DNA of 63,786 bases, filler included, from Gemmatimonadota bacterium (GTDB taxonomy: Bacteria; 4572-55; J002): the NCBI GenBank assembly GCA_003697105.1. It is 8 parts of 8 records of this genome, joined end to end, with 100 filler letters (N's around TTAATTAATTAA, not from the genome) between each part and the next. Parts side by side here need not be neighbours in the genome. Positions count along the whole stretch, not along the records: positions 1 to 8,400 come from RFFQ01000126.1; positions 8,501 to 14,586 come from RFFQ01000127.1; 6 more parts are not named here. One strand, given 5' to 3'. Below are positions 1 through 9,495 of the stretch, one piece after another. The translations under genes and the position numbers were made by a program. Below the pieces are notes generated by a model. It was not told where the DNA came from. It made no database searches and worked only from the letters and a program-made list of their open reading frames with translations. The stretch's first letter is position 1. Each line of letters begins with the position of its first letter.

Positions 1-280
1 CTTATATTAAGGGCAAAAGATCAAAATAGCGCGAAAACATTTTTTTCATACCTGCGTGAAACACTTGATATAGCACACGTTTCATAGGTATTCTTCAGGG
101 CTGATAGAAACCGGTGACAAATACGATTAACCCGGGTTCCATCTTTTCACCGAACTGTTCAGCAAAATTCGATTATCATCGAAGAAAATTATTGCCATAC
201 CCATATTTACCGCTGTATATTCGTCAATATTCCCATTTTACCGAATTTTCATCAGATTTTAATACTCCAAGGAGATCATA

Positions 281-1465
281 ATGCTTCCTATTTCTAATGT
301 AGATGATGCCACCAAAGTGATTCATGCTGGCATTCCAGAAGACGCACATGGTGCGGTAATTCCCCCAATTTACCAAACCTCTACGTTTAAATTCAAGAAT
401 GTGGACCACGGGGCGCAACTATTCGCGGGAAAAACCGAGGGATTTATCTATACCCGGATGCGCAACCCCACTATTGAGGCGATGGAAGATAGTGTCGCCG
501 CCCTCGAAGGGGGTTACAAAGCACTAGGGTGTGCTAGTGGTATGGCGGCAGTTCATACCATCTTTTTTGCCCTGCTCGGACAGGGTGATCATGTGATTTG
601 CAGTGAAGCGGTTTATGGTCCCACCACCACGTTGCTCAAAATGATGAGTGCCAAATACGGGGTAGAGGTGGATTTTGTGGACACTTCCCATGCCGAAAAT
701 GTTCGGACGGCAATCAAACCAAATACAAAGTTGGTCTTTGTGGAAACCCCCTCAAATCCGACGGTGTTAGTCTCGGATTTAGAAGAAATCGCCTTTATTG
801 CCCACCGGAATGGGGCTCAACTTGCGGTGGACAACACCTTCTCCAGCCCGATTTTACAAAAGCCGCTGGCGTGGGGCGCGGATATTGTGATGCACAGCAT
901 GACCAAGTTTCTTAACGGACATGCGGATGTCGTGGCCGGGATTATCGTTGTCAACGATGAAAAACAGTATGATCTGTTCCGCAATGTGCTTAACCAACTG
1001 GGTGGCGTGATCGATCCCTTTAACTCATTTTTGGTTCACCGCGGGATCAAAACGCTGGCACTGCGCATGGAACGCCATTGCGAGAACGCCCAACGCATCG
1101 CGGAATGGCTGGAACGGCATCCCAAAGTGGATTGGGTACACTTCCCCGGCTTGCCAAGCCATCCTCAATATGAGATTGCCCAAAAACAGATGGATGGTCC
1201 CGGAGGGGTCATCGCATTTGAATTAAAAGGAGGTCTCAATGCCGGTAAAACGGTGATGAACCGCGTTAAATTATGCCAGTTGGCAGTTTCATTGGGAGGT
1301 GTGGAAACCCTGATCCAACACCCCGCCTCAATGACCCATGCCTCGATGGGCCCAGAACTACGCCAGCAATCACGCATTACGGATGGTCTCGTCCGGATTT
1401 CGGTCGGGATTGAAAACGTTGGTGACCTTATTGCCGATCTGGATCAAGCGTTGGCGGCAGCTTAG
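281..1465 (+). CDS. Methionine gamma-lyase (Cys/Met metabolism PLP enzyme)
   Basis: PPIYQTSTF, YTRMRNPT, HSMTKFLNGHAD (PLP lysine) and AVSLGGVETLIQHPASMTH motifs; RBS AAGGAG. Confidence 0.85.
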   Translation: MLPISNVDDATKVIHAGIPEDAHGAVIPPIYQTSTFKFKNVDHGAQLFAGKTEGFIYTRMRNPTIEAMEDSVAALEGGYKALGCASGMAAVHTIFFALLGQGDHVICSEAVYGPTTTLLKMMSAKYGVEVDFVDTSHAENVRTAIKPNTKLVFVETPSNPTVLVSDLEEIAFIAHRNGAQLAVDNTFSSPILQKPLAWGADIVMHSMTKFLNGHADVVAGIIVVNDEKQYDLFRNVLNQLGGVIDPFNSFLVHRGIKTLALRMERHCENAQRIAEWLERHPKVDWVHFPGLPSHPQYEIAQKQMDGPGGVIAFELKGGLNAGKTVMNRVKLCQLAVSLGGVETLIQHPASMTHASMGPELRQQSRITDGLVRISVGIENVGDLIADLDQALAAA

Positions 1466-1521
1466 ACCATTCCCCAACCGCGAATCTTTAAAAAGCGTAT
1501 TTTAACTCCAAACTTTTTTCC

Positions 1522-1552
1522 GGTGCGACGTACTTTGAAAGTGCGTCGCACC
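1522..1552. repeat. REP-like extragenic palindrome
   Basis: GGTGCGACGTACTTTGAAAGTGCGTCGCACC, near-perfect inverted repeat without a U-tail; single copy in the window. Confidence 0.5.
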
Positions 1553-2004
1553 TGATAACCCACAAATCCCCATTAGGGGGTTTTGCATTCACGAATGGCT
1601 TCAATCCTTTGGAGCGGGACTGGAGCATTTACACTGCCATCTGTTGATAAAAGAAACGAAACTGAGTTCATGGCAATTCTCTTTGATGTTGGGTTCAAAA
1701 ATTATTATATCTCACTGGAATATAATATGTTATAGGGGAAGTGCTAACGTTTTATAAAGAATATTTATGAATAATTTAAGCTATCGATGTTACTCCAATT
1801 GTTCACATTTTTAATGCTTCTATAGTACAATACTTTCGCCAAACGTTGTACGTTATTTGGAATCGTGGATTAAATTCTGATCAATTTTTCCGTAAATTTG
1901 GCGAACATACTGTAGTCCTATAATTTATTCAATATGACGAACATATTGTCGTCAGGATCGTTTTTCCCCTTTCTTTTTACACCTTTAAACAATTGGAGGA
2001 TTTC

Positions 2005-2982
2005 ATGTCAGGTCGTTTTAACACGATTTTGGATGCCATTGGGAACACGCCGTTAGTCCGTTTGAACCACATCCCGGTCGGTATAAAGCCAACGCTATGG
2101 GCAAAGCTGGAATATATGAATCCGAGTGGCAGTACGAAAGACCGGATGGCGTTGTATATGGTGGAAGATGCCGAACGGCGCGGGTTACTCAAGCCCGGCG
2201 GTACCATTGTCGAAAATTCATCCGGTAATACGGGAGCGGCAATGGCAATGATCGCTGCCATCAAAGGGTATAAGTGCATCATCACCATGCCCGATAAAAT
2301 GAGTGATGAAAAACAAAATCTCATGCGGGCTTACGGCGCAACGGTAGTGGTGACGCCCACGGATGTTCCTGCCGATTCCCCCGAAAGTTACTATAGTACC
2401 GCCCGGCGCATTGCCAAGGAAACTCCCGGCTCGTGGTATCCAGATCAGTACAACAATCCCATGAACGTGGAGGCCCATTACCATACGACCGGACCCGAAA
2501 TCTGGGAACAGACCCAAGGGGAAATCGATTATCTGGTGGCTGGAATTGGCACGGGTGGCACATTGAGCGGCGCGGGACGGTATCTGAAAGAGCAAAACCC
2601 GAACATCAAAATCATTGCCCTAGACCCTATCGGCTCGGTATTTTATGACTACTTCAAGCACGGTAAAATTCCGGAAACATCCGTGTACAAAGTGGAAGGT
2701 ATTGGCGAAGACTATCTGGTTGAGGCGGTTGATTTTAATATCATTGATGATATGATTCAAGTCAATGACGAAAATTCGTTCCTCATGGCACGCCGTCTGG
2801 CACGCGAAGAAGGGCTTTTTGCCGGAGGCTCCAGCGGTAGTGCTGTCTGGGCGGCACTGGAACTGGCAAAGACGATAGACACGGAAAAAAATATCGTGGT
2901 CATCCTACCTGATTCCGGAACGCGCTATCTCAGCAAATTATACAATGACCAATGGATGAAAGATAACGGATTTTTAGAATGA
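2005..2982 (+). CDS. Cystathionine beta-synthase / cysteine synthase family protein
   Basis: IGNTPLV, KLEYMNPSGSTKDR, GTGGT and VEGIG motifs; RBS GGAGG before ATG 2005; adjacent to cystathionine gamma-lyase. Confidence 0.88.
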   Translation: MSGRFNTILDAIGNTPLVRLNHIPVGIKPTLWAKLEYMNPSGSTKDRMALYMVEDAERRGLLKPGGTIVENSSGNTGAAMAMIAAIKGYKCIITMPDKMSDEKQNLMRAYGATVVVTPTDVPADSPESYYSTARRIAKETPGSWYPDQYNNPMNVEAHYHTTGPEIWEQTQGEIDYLVAGIGTGGTLSGAGRYLKEQNPNIKIIALDPIGSVFYDYFKHGKIPETSVYKVEGIGEDYLVEAVDFNIIDDMIQVNDENSFLMARRLAREEGLFAGGSSGSAVWAALELAKTIDTEKNIVVILPDSGTRYLSKLYNDQWMKDNGFLE

Positions 2983-2998
2983 TAGGAAAGGAAAACAG

Positions 2999-4159
2999 AT
3001 GAAAATTGAAACTCAATTGATTCATATCGGGGAAGAACCCAATTTGAAAGAGGGAGGCTCTGGTGATGTGGTGATGCCGATCCATTTAGCCTCAACCTTT
3101 GCGCGCCAAAAAGTAGATGAACCGACTGCAGGTTATGAATATTCCCGCTCCGGTAACCCCACCCGCGACGGTCTGGAAAAACGATTGGCCACATTGGAAG
3201 GGGCAACCTATGGTTTAGCCTTCGCCTCCGGACTGGCAGCAGAAACAACCCTGTTCCTGAGTTTACTGAAAACAGGAGACCATGTTATTGCGTTTGATGA
3301 CCTGTACGGCGGCTCTCGACGTTTGTTTAGCCGCATCTTCCATGAAAACTTTGACGTCGCAATTAGTTACGTGGATGCCCGGAATCCAGAAAACGTCGAA
3401 GCCGCTATTAACGACAATACCCGGCTCATCTGGATGGAAACCCCCACCAACCCCTTGCTCAAACTATGCGATATTGCTGCTATCGCCGAAATCGCGAAAG
3501 CACACCACTTAATATTGGTGGTAGATAACACCTTTATGAGTGCGTACTTCCAAAATCCGCTGAAACTGGGTGCGGACATCGTTATGCACAGTACCACCAA
3601 GTACATGAATGGGCACAGCGACTCGGTTGGCGGTTGTCTAATGCTCTCGGATGATCACCTGCATGAAAAATTACGCTTTACCCAAAATGCCGCCGGTGCG
3701 ATTCTTTCCCCCTTTGATAGTTTTATGATTTTACGGGGGCTGAAGACCCTCGCCGTACGAATGAAACAGCACGAAGCCAATGCACTTGCCATTGCCCACC
3801 ATCTGGAAGCCCATCCGAAAGTAAAACGGGTCATTTATCCCGGTTTGGAAAGTCATCCCCAACACGATCTGGCTAAAAAACAGATGTCCGGCTTTGGCGG
3901 GATGATCTCCTTCGAGCTAAATGGTGGCTTGGCAGAAGCGAACACATTTTTGGAAAATATTCGGTATTTTGCGCTGGCAGAAAGTCTGGGCGGTGTAGAG
4001 TCCCTGATTGAATGTCCCGCTCTGATGACCCATGCCTCGGTTCCGAAAGCGGCACGAGAACAAATCGGGCTATCCGATTCATTGATTCGGATTTCTGTCG
4101 GAATTGAACATGTAGATGACCTGATCGAAGATATGGATCAGGCACTACGCCAGATTTAA
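2999..4159 (+). CDS. Cystathionine gamma-lyase/gamma-synthase
   Basis: YEYSRSGNPTR, HSTTKYMNGHSD and LAESLGGVESL motifs. Confidence 0.88.
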   Translation: MKIETQLIHIGEEPNLKEGGSGDVVMPIHLASTFARQKVDEPTAGYEYSRSGNPTRDGLEKRLATLEGATYGLAFASGLAAETTLFLSLLKTGDHVIAFDDLYGGSRRLFSRIFHENFDVAISYVDARNPENVEAAINDNTRLIWMETPTNPLLKLCDIAAIAEIAKAHHLILVVDNTFMSAYFQNPLKLGADIVMHSTTKYMNGHSDSVGGCLMLSDDHLHEKLRFTQNAAGAILSPFDSFMILRGLKTLAVRMKQHEANALAIAHHLEAHPKVKRVIYPGLESHPQHDLAKKQMSGFGGMISFELNGGLAEANTFLENIRYFALAESLGGVESLIECPALMTHASVPKAAREQIGLSDSLIRISVGIEHVDDLIEDMDQALRQI

Positions 4160-4384
4160 ATGCCCGTATGGATAACAAGTGGGTGCATTTCAAGGCGGAT
4201 CGAAAGATTCGCCTTTTTTGATCTAATCACGTTGACAAGGAGGTTTGGATGTGGTATTTTGATAAAACCTCATTCAGGTGGATTGATGTTCCGCTTCAAA
4301 ATACCCCTTCTTGGGGAAACGGATCATATAAATTTTTATTTATACTTGTTATTTTTATTATTTTAGTTTTTAGGAGGTCTTATT

Positions 4385-5716
4385 ATGGCATTTACTCCGG
4401 TTCCGTTTGATGCCAAGGTGGTGGCGTCACGTATTAGCGAATGTCCCATGCCGATTGGTATCGCCTCGATTCGAGAAGTGAACAAAGTAGTGAATCTGAT
4501 CGAGCAGGATTTGGGTGTCCGTTACATCCGCATGGAATTTGGGATTCCCGGCTTATCACTGAGTCCGATTGCCTTAGACGGTGAAAAAGAGGCGCTAGTT
4601 GAGCATCAGTTAGGGTCCGTTTATCCGTCCTTTGAGGGCGCACCGGAGCTCAAGCAGGCAACGGCTGATTTTTGTCATGCCTTTTTGAATCTGAAAATAG
4701 ACCCGAAATGTTGTATCCCCACCAATGGAGCAATGCAGGGTGGATTTGTTAGCATTGGTGTGGCGGGGAACATCACCGCCGGTAAAGACACAATCCTGTT
4801 TTTGATGCCCGGCTTTCCGGTCAACCAAATGCAAGTGCGCCTGTGGGGCTTAAAGATGGATACACTTGATTTGTACGATCATCGGGGCGAAGCATTGTTA
4901 CAAGCGTTGGAAAACCGCTTTGCCAAAGGGGATGTGGGCGGTCTTTTGTGGTCTAGCCCGAACAACCCGACGTGGGTCTGTTTGAAAGAGGAGGAACTTC
5001 AAGGAATCGGTGAACTCTGTACGAAATATGACGTCATGGCGATTGAAGATTACGCCTATTTGGGCATGGATTTCCGCCAGAACTACGGCGTCCCGTATAA
5101 ACCCCCTTATGCTCCGACGGTAGCTCATTACACCGATAATTATGTTATCTTAATTTCCGGCTCTAAGATGTTTTCCTATGCGGGTCAGCGTATTGGCGTG
5201 ATGGTCATCTCACCGGCATATTTTGAGCGAACGTCAGCGCATCTCAAACAGCGGTTTATAGTAGATAATGTGGGCTATTCGTTCATCCATCCCGGGGTTT
5301 ATGCCACCACAGCGGGTGTTTCTCAGGGGGCACAACACGGCTTAGCGGCATTGCTTCGGGCTTCTGTTGCTGGTGAGTATGATTTTCTGAAAGTGACCCG
5401 AGAATATGCGGATCGCGCCGCCGCCATGAAAAAAGCCTTTTTGGATAACGGTTTTCAGCTTGTCTATGATAATGATTTGGGTGAACCGCTAGCAGATGGT
5501 TTTTATTTTACGCTTTCGTACCCGAACATGACCGGTCCCGAATTAGTGGAAAAACTACTCTATTACGGGGTAAGCGCGATCACGCTGAAAACCGCCGGAA
5601 GTGTCCGGGAAGAAGGTATCCGGGCCTGTGTCTCTCTCACTCCAGTTGATAGAGTGGATGAGCTGGCGTACCGGATGCAACAATTTCATGCGGATCATCC
5701 GGTGGAGTCACAATGA
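4385..5716 (+). CDS. PLP-dependent aminotransferase class I/II
   Basis: SSPNNPT, IEDYAY and SGSKMFSYAGQRIG motifs; RBS AGGAGG. Confidence 0.85.
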   Translation: MAFTPVPFDAKVVASRISECPMPIGIASIREVNKVVNLIEQDLGVRYIRMEFGIPGLSLSPIALDGEKEALVEHQLGSVYPSFEGAPELKQATADFCHAFLNLKIDPKCCIPTNGAMQGGFVSIGVAGNITAGKDTILFLMPGFPVNQMQVRLWGLKMDTLDLYDHRGEALLQALENRFAKGDVGGLLWSSPNNPTWVCLKEEELQGIGELCTKYDVMAIEDYAYLGMDFRQNYGVPYKPPYAPTVAHYTDNYVILISGSKMFSYAGQRIGVMVISPAYFERTSAHLKQRFIVDNVGYSFIHPGVYATTAGVSQGAQHGLAALLRASVAGEYDFLKVTREYADRAAAMKKAFLDNGFQLVYDNDLGEPLADGFYFTLSYPNMTGPELVEKLLYYGVSAITLKTAGSVREEGIRACVSLTPVDRVDELAYRMQQFHADHPVESQ

Positions 5717-6405
5717 GTTCAAAAAAGCCCATTATTGCCATTGACGGTCCCGCCGGTTCGGGGAAAAGTTCCACGGCACGACAGGTTGCCGCCCGGTTAA
5801 ATTACATCCACATTGATACCGGTGCGATGTACCGTGCGATTACCCTCAAAGTACTACGCCACCAAATCGATGTGAACGATGCCGAAACCATCGGTGAATT
5901 GGCGCACCAAACCGATATCTATCAGGAACGAATCGACGGTGACGTTCATACCTTTTTGGATGGTGAGGATGTTTCTTCGCTGATCCGTACCCCGGAGATT
6001 TCGCAGAACGTGTCGCAAGTCGCCAGTATACCCCGTGTCCGGCAACGGCTGGTGCAATTCCAGCGGCAGATGGGGGAAAAAGGAGGAATTGTCCTCGAAG
6101 GACGTGACATCGGGACGGTCGTCTTCCCCAATGCGGAAATCAAAATCTTTATGCAGGCTTCCATTGAAGCCCGTGCTCAGCGCCGGCTCAAAGATTTGCA
6201 GGCGGATGGCATTGAGGTTGATCTCAAAGAATTGGAAGCCGAAATTGCCGCCCGCGATCACGCGGACTCCACACGCCAGACTAGCCCTCTTAAGCAAGCA
6301 CCGGATGCCATTTTGCTGGATACCACTACTCTGACAATGGAGGAACAAGTTCAATTTATCATTGATTTACATGATCAGTGGCTCAAATCCAGAGATGAAT
6401 CATGA
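5713..6405 (+). CDS. cmk: Cytidylate kinase
   Basis: IAIDGPAGSGKS, DTGAMYRA and EGRDIGTVVFP motifs. Confidence 0.95.
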   Translation: MSSKKPIIAIDGPAGSGKSSTARQVAARLNYIHIDTGAMYRAITLKVLRHQIDVNDAETIGELAHQTDIYQERIDGDVHTFLDGEDVSSLIRTPEISQNVSQVASIPRVRQRLVQFQRQMGEKGGIVLEGRDIGTVVFPNAEIKIFMQASIEARAQRRLKDLQADGIEVDLKELEAEIAARDHADSTRQTSPLKQAPDAILLDTTTLTMEEQVQFIIDLHDQWLKSRDES

Positions 6406-7346
6406 GGAGATTGGTTGTAATGGAAATTCGAGATCAAGTCAGGTTGCCTTTGACCATCAAGCCCGGTTCACCGATCTTCCGAACACGGTTGCCAATTAAC
6501 AATGTGAAAACGTGTGATTGCAAACCCAACCATATTAATTGCTTGACAGCCAAAGAATGGATTAAGTGTCAATTAGGAGTATGGCAGTTTACATATGAAA
6601 AACGTGATATTAGGGATAAAAACTTGCATCCAGCAACTTTCCCCCTTTCGCTAGCCAAAAGAGTGATTAGTTTGTTCACACATCAGGGAGAACTGGTATT
6701 AGACCCTTTTGCTGGAAGTGGAACCACTTTGTTGGCTGCCCAAGACTTAAATCGTAACGCCATTGGATTTGATTTGCAGGAGAAATATGTTGATTTATGC
6801 GCGGATCGCTTGCAAAGTAACAATCTATTTAACCAAGCGCAACAGATAGCTATTCAAGATGATGCTCTGTATATTCCAGAGTATCTGAAACCTGAAAGTG
6901 TGAGTTTGATTTGGACATCTCCACCCTACGCTAATTTACTTAATCGTAAGCGTAAAAATAAATCAAGGCGCGGTATAGAACGGAAAAATGAGCAATTTGG
7001 CAAAATTGAGCAATACTCTCAAAACCCTCGTGATTTGGGCACAATGACAATTGAACAATACACAACTGCGATGGGGGATATTTTTGAGAACCTGCTGCCA
7101 CTTTTGAAACCAAAAGGTCATTGTGTAATTAACGTGCCCGATATGTGGTGGGAAAACAAGAGAATCACCATACATATTGCTCTTGTAGAAGAACTTCGGA
7201 AACGGGGTTATGAATTGCGCAATACCATTATTTGGGATAGAACGAATATTGTAAATCGGGTCGGTATTTTTGGTTGGCCGTCTAACTACATTAATATGGG
7301 AACTACATTTGAATATTTGCTGGATTTCTGGCGTCCGGATCAGTAA
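6402..7346 (+). CDS. DNA amino-methyltransferase, probably N4-cytosine (start may be 6420)
   Basis: HPATFP, motif I VLDPFAGSGTT and motif IV WTSPPY; more AT-rich than its flanks. Confidence 0.85.
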   Translation: MRRLVVMEIRDQVRLPLTIKPGSPIFRTRLPINNVKTCDCKPNHINCLTAKEWIKCQLGVWQFTYEKRDIRDKNLHPATFPLSLAKRVISLFTHQGELVLDPFAGSGTTLLAAQDLNRNAIGFDLQEKYVDLCADRLQSNNLFNQAQQIAIQDDALYIPEYLKPESVSLIWTSPPYANLLNRKRKNKSRRGIERKNEQFGKIEQYSQNPRDLGTMTIEQYTTAMGDIFENLLPLLKPKGHCVINVPDMWWENKRITIHIALVEELRKRGYELRNTIIWDRTNIVNRVGIFGWPSNYINMGTTFEYLLDFWRPDQ

Positions 7347-7393
7347 GGATTATTCCTGCAACCGGCAGCGTTGCTTACGACACCGAGACTCAT

Positions 7394-8176
7394 ATGAAAA
7401 TCTACACGAAAGAATCTCTCATACAAGCACTATGTCAAATCCGTGACATGGGGTGGATACCCAATGCTAGAACGGACAACGATGGTGGTATAGGTAATAC
7501 ATTGGAAGATTTACTCGGTATTGAAGAAAACAATCTCCCAATTCCAAACGCATCTGAATGGGAATTAAAATGCCAAAGGCTGAATACCACGTCGTTGGTC
7601 ACTTTATTTCACATGGAACCATCTCCGCGAGCTCTCAAGTTTGTACCATCTATATTATTGCCCCAATATGGATGGCCTCACCAAGAAGCGGGGCGGAAGT
7701 ACGATACAACGGAAATGAGCTTTCGCCAAACGATTAGCGGGGTATCTCGGAGCGACCGGGGATTTATGGTCGTTGTTGATAGGAATGAGTGCAAAGTACT
7801 GGTATCTTTTGATGCTTCTGCTGTTGATTCGCGACATTCGCAGTGGCTTCAAATGGTAGAAAGGCGGGCAGGATTAGGTGAACTAGACCCTCAACCATAT
7901 TGGGGATTTGCAAATTTAGAGCACAAGGCCGGCACTAAACTTTTGAATTGTTTCTTCGTACAAGCCGAAACCAAGAGAGAGAAAGGGCAGCTTTTCTTCC
8001 GGTATTCAAAGATTTTTATTTTGGAATCCTTTAATGTGGAAGGATTATTGCGTGGGTTGGAGCAGGGATTTGTGTTTGTTGATTTTGACGCTCGTACCGG
8101 ACACAATCATGGCACCAAATTTAGGCTTCGCCGAAATAAATTTCCTGAGCTGTATGAAAAAGTTGTAGAAGTCTGA
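7394..8176 (+). CDS. MvaI/BcnI-family type II restriction endonuclease
   Basis: GGIGNTLEDLLGIEENN, WELK, TLFHMEP and HNHGTKFR motifs; directly follows the methyltransferase. Confidence 0.85.
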   Translation: MKIYTKESLIQALCQIRDMGWIPNARTDNDGGIGNTLEDLLGIEENNLPIPNASEWELKCQRLNTTSLVTLFHMEPSPRALKFVPSILLPQYGWPHQEAGRKYDTTEMSFRQTISGVSRSDRGFMVVVDRNECKVLVSFDASAVDSRHSQWLQMVERRAGLGELDPQPYWGFANLEHKAGTKLLNCFFVQAETKREKGQLFFRYSKIFILESFNVEGLLRGLEQGFVFVDFDARTGHNHGTKFRLRRNKFPELYEKVVEV

Positions 8177-8180
8177 TGCC

Positions 8181-8316
8181 ACCTAACCACAGCGGTACCT
8201 GACCCGCCTTCGGCGGTGGGTAAACGGCACGAAATTCGCCTGCTGTGGTGCTTTTCAAAGTTTCTCGGATTGCCCCGCACGGCGGACAGGTGAGCCACAC
8301 GATCACCCCGTTGGTA
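8181..8316 (+). mobile_element. Degenerate integron attC-like site
   Basis: RYYYAAC (ACCTAAC) 4 nt after the REase stop; inverted arms ACCTGACCCGCC / GGCGGACAGGT; displaced, imperfect GTT box at 8310. Confidence 0.5.
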
Positions 8317-8359
8317 TCATTCCTCGTCGGGTCCCTTTGGATCGAATTGCTTTTTAGTT

Positions 8360-8400
8360 ATGACGCTCTCAATAGTGATTCCTTGCTACAATGAAGCCCC
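8360..8400 (+). CDS. Glycosyltransferase family 2, N-terminal fragment (contig end)
   Basis: Translates MTLSIVIPCYNEA, the GT2 N-terminal signature. Confidence 0.7.
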
Positions 8401-8500
8401 NNNNNNNNNNNNNNNNNNNNNNNNNNNNNNNNNNNNNNNNNNNNTTAATTAATTAANNNNNNNNNNNNNNNNNNNNNNNNNNNNNNNNNNNNNNNNNNNN
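8401..8500. other. Artificial contig linker
   Basis: N44-TTAATTAATTAA-N44, stops in all six frames. Confidence 0.99.
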
Positions 8501-8575
8501 CCCCCACCCCCCCCCAGTACATCCCTGACGGACCTACCCCCAACCCGCACCGCGGATCAGACCAAAATAGAGCGT

Positions 8576-9383
8576 GTGATCGTATGCAAACAGTATGTTG
8601 TCGAGACTCGACGGATTCAGCATCAAACCAATGTCTTCTCGCCGACGGATGAGACGGTCTGGGTCTGCGTGATTTTTGCCAGTGTCGCAAAACCATTCCG
8701 GTTACGAGCAAAATTTTTCAAACCCGATTCCTATAAGTATTATGAGCAAGTCACCGCTTGGAATTACGCGGTGTATTCCTCCCAATTGGTGATTGAAGCA
8801 CCATTCATGCGAATCCTCGGGTCTCCGGCAGAAACGATCTTTGGGGACTGGACTGTTACACTGGAAATTCAGGAAGAAAACGCGGATTTTCGCCCCCTGA
8901 TTGTGCCGGAAACTCAACTGAACCGCGTTTACTTCTCAATCCGCAACTAAAATCCACCGGAACAGCGATACCACCCATCAAAACGGAGGCGGGAGTGTCG
9001 TGTTGACATTGGAAAACACCGGTAATGTGGACTTTGCCGGGGTTAAGCTGTGGCTCTCCCCGTTTGTGTCTCCAGAGGGTGATGCCCTTCCCCCACCGGT
9101 TGCTACGATTCTCCCCCCGTACATCTCCCAGATTCGGGTGGGTTCTTCCGCCGAGGCAACAATTTACATCAATCTTGCCAACACGGATGTCCGCGCCACA
9201 GGCTATGTGGCAACATTGCTCGTCGATACCGGCGCAGAAGAACGGCTATCGTTACCAATGACGGTCACCGTACCCACCAGACGGGTGTATCGCTACGATC
9301 TAACGCAAGATGGGCAAGTGAACATCTGGGATGTCCAAGCCCTGATTGATTACTGGCACACGGAAATTCGGCGCTCAAGATAA
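8576..9383 (+). CDS. C-terminal part of an Ig-like/dockerin-containing protein, probably one gene split by a frameshift near 8920 (ORFs 8576-8950 and 9000-9383)
   Basis: The frame of the 9000 ORF is open from 8922; it ends in dockerin/EF-hand-like YDLTQDGQVNIWDVQALIDYW. Confidence 0.55.
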
Positions 9384-9495
9384 AGGGGACTCCACCTAGG
9401 GGTAAGTTCTTGACACAAATTTTTATTCGTGCTATTTTATCTTTTCCAATTCCATCTCTATTTTCCGTTGCGGCTTTTTAGGGTGAATATGGAAC

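Noticed and set aside
1-2004. SAM riboswitch or T-box before the sulfur genes
   Set aside because: Conserved SAM-I and T-box motifs were not found by eye.
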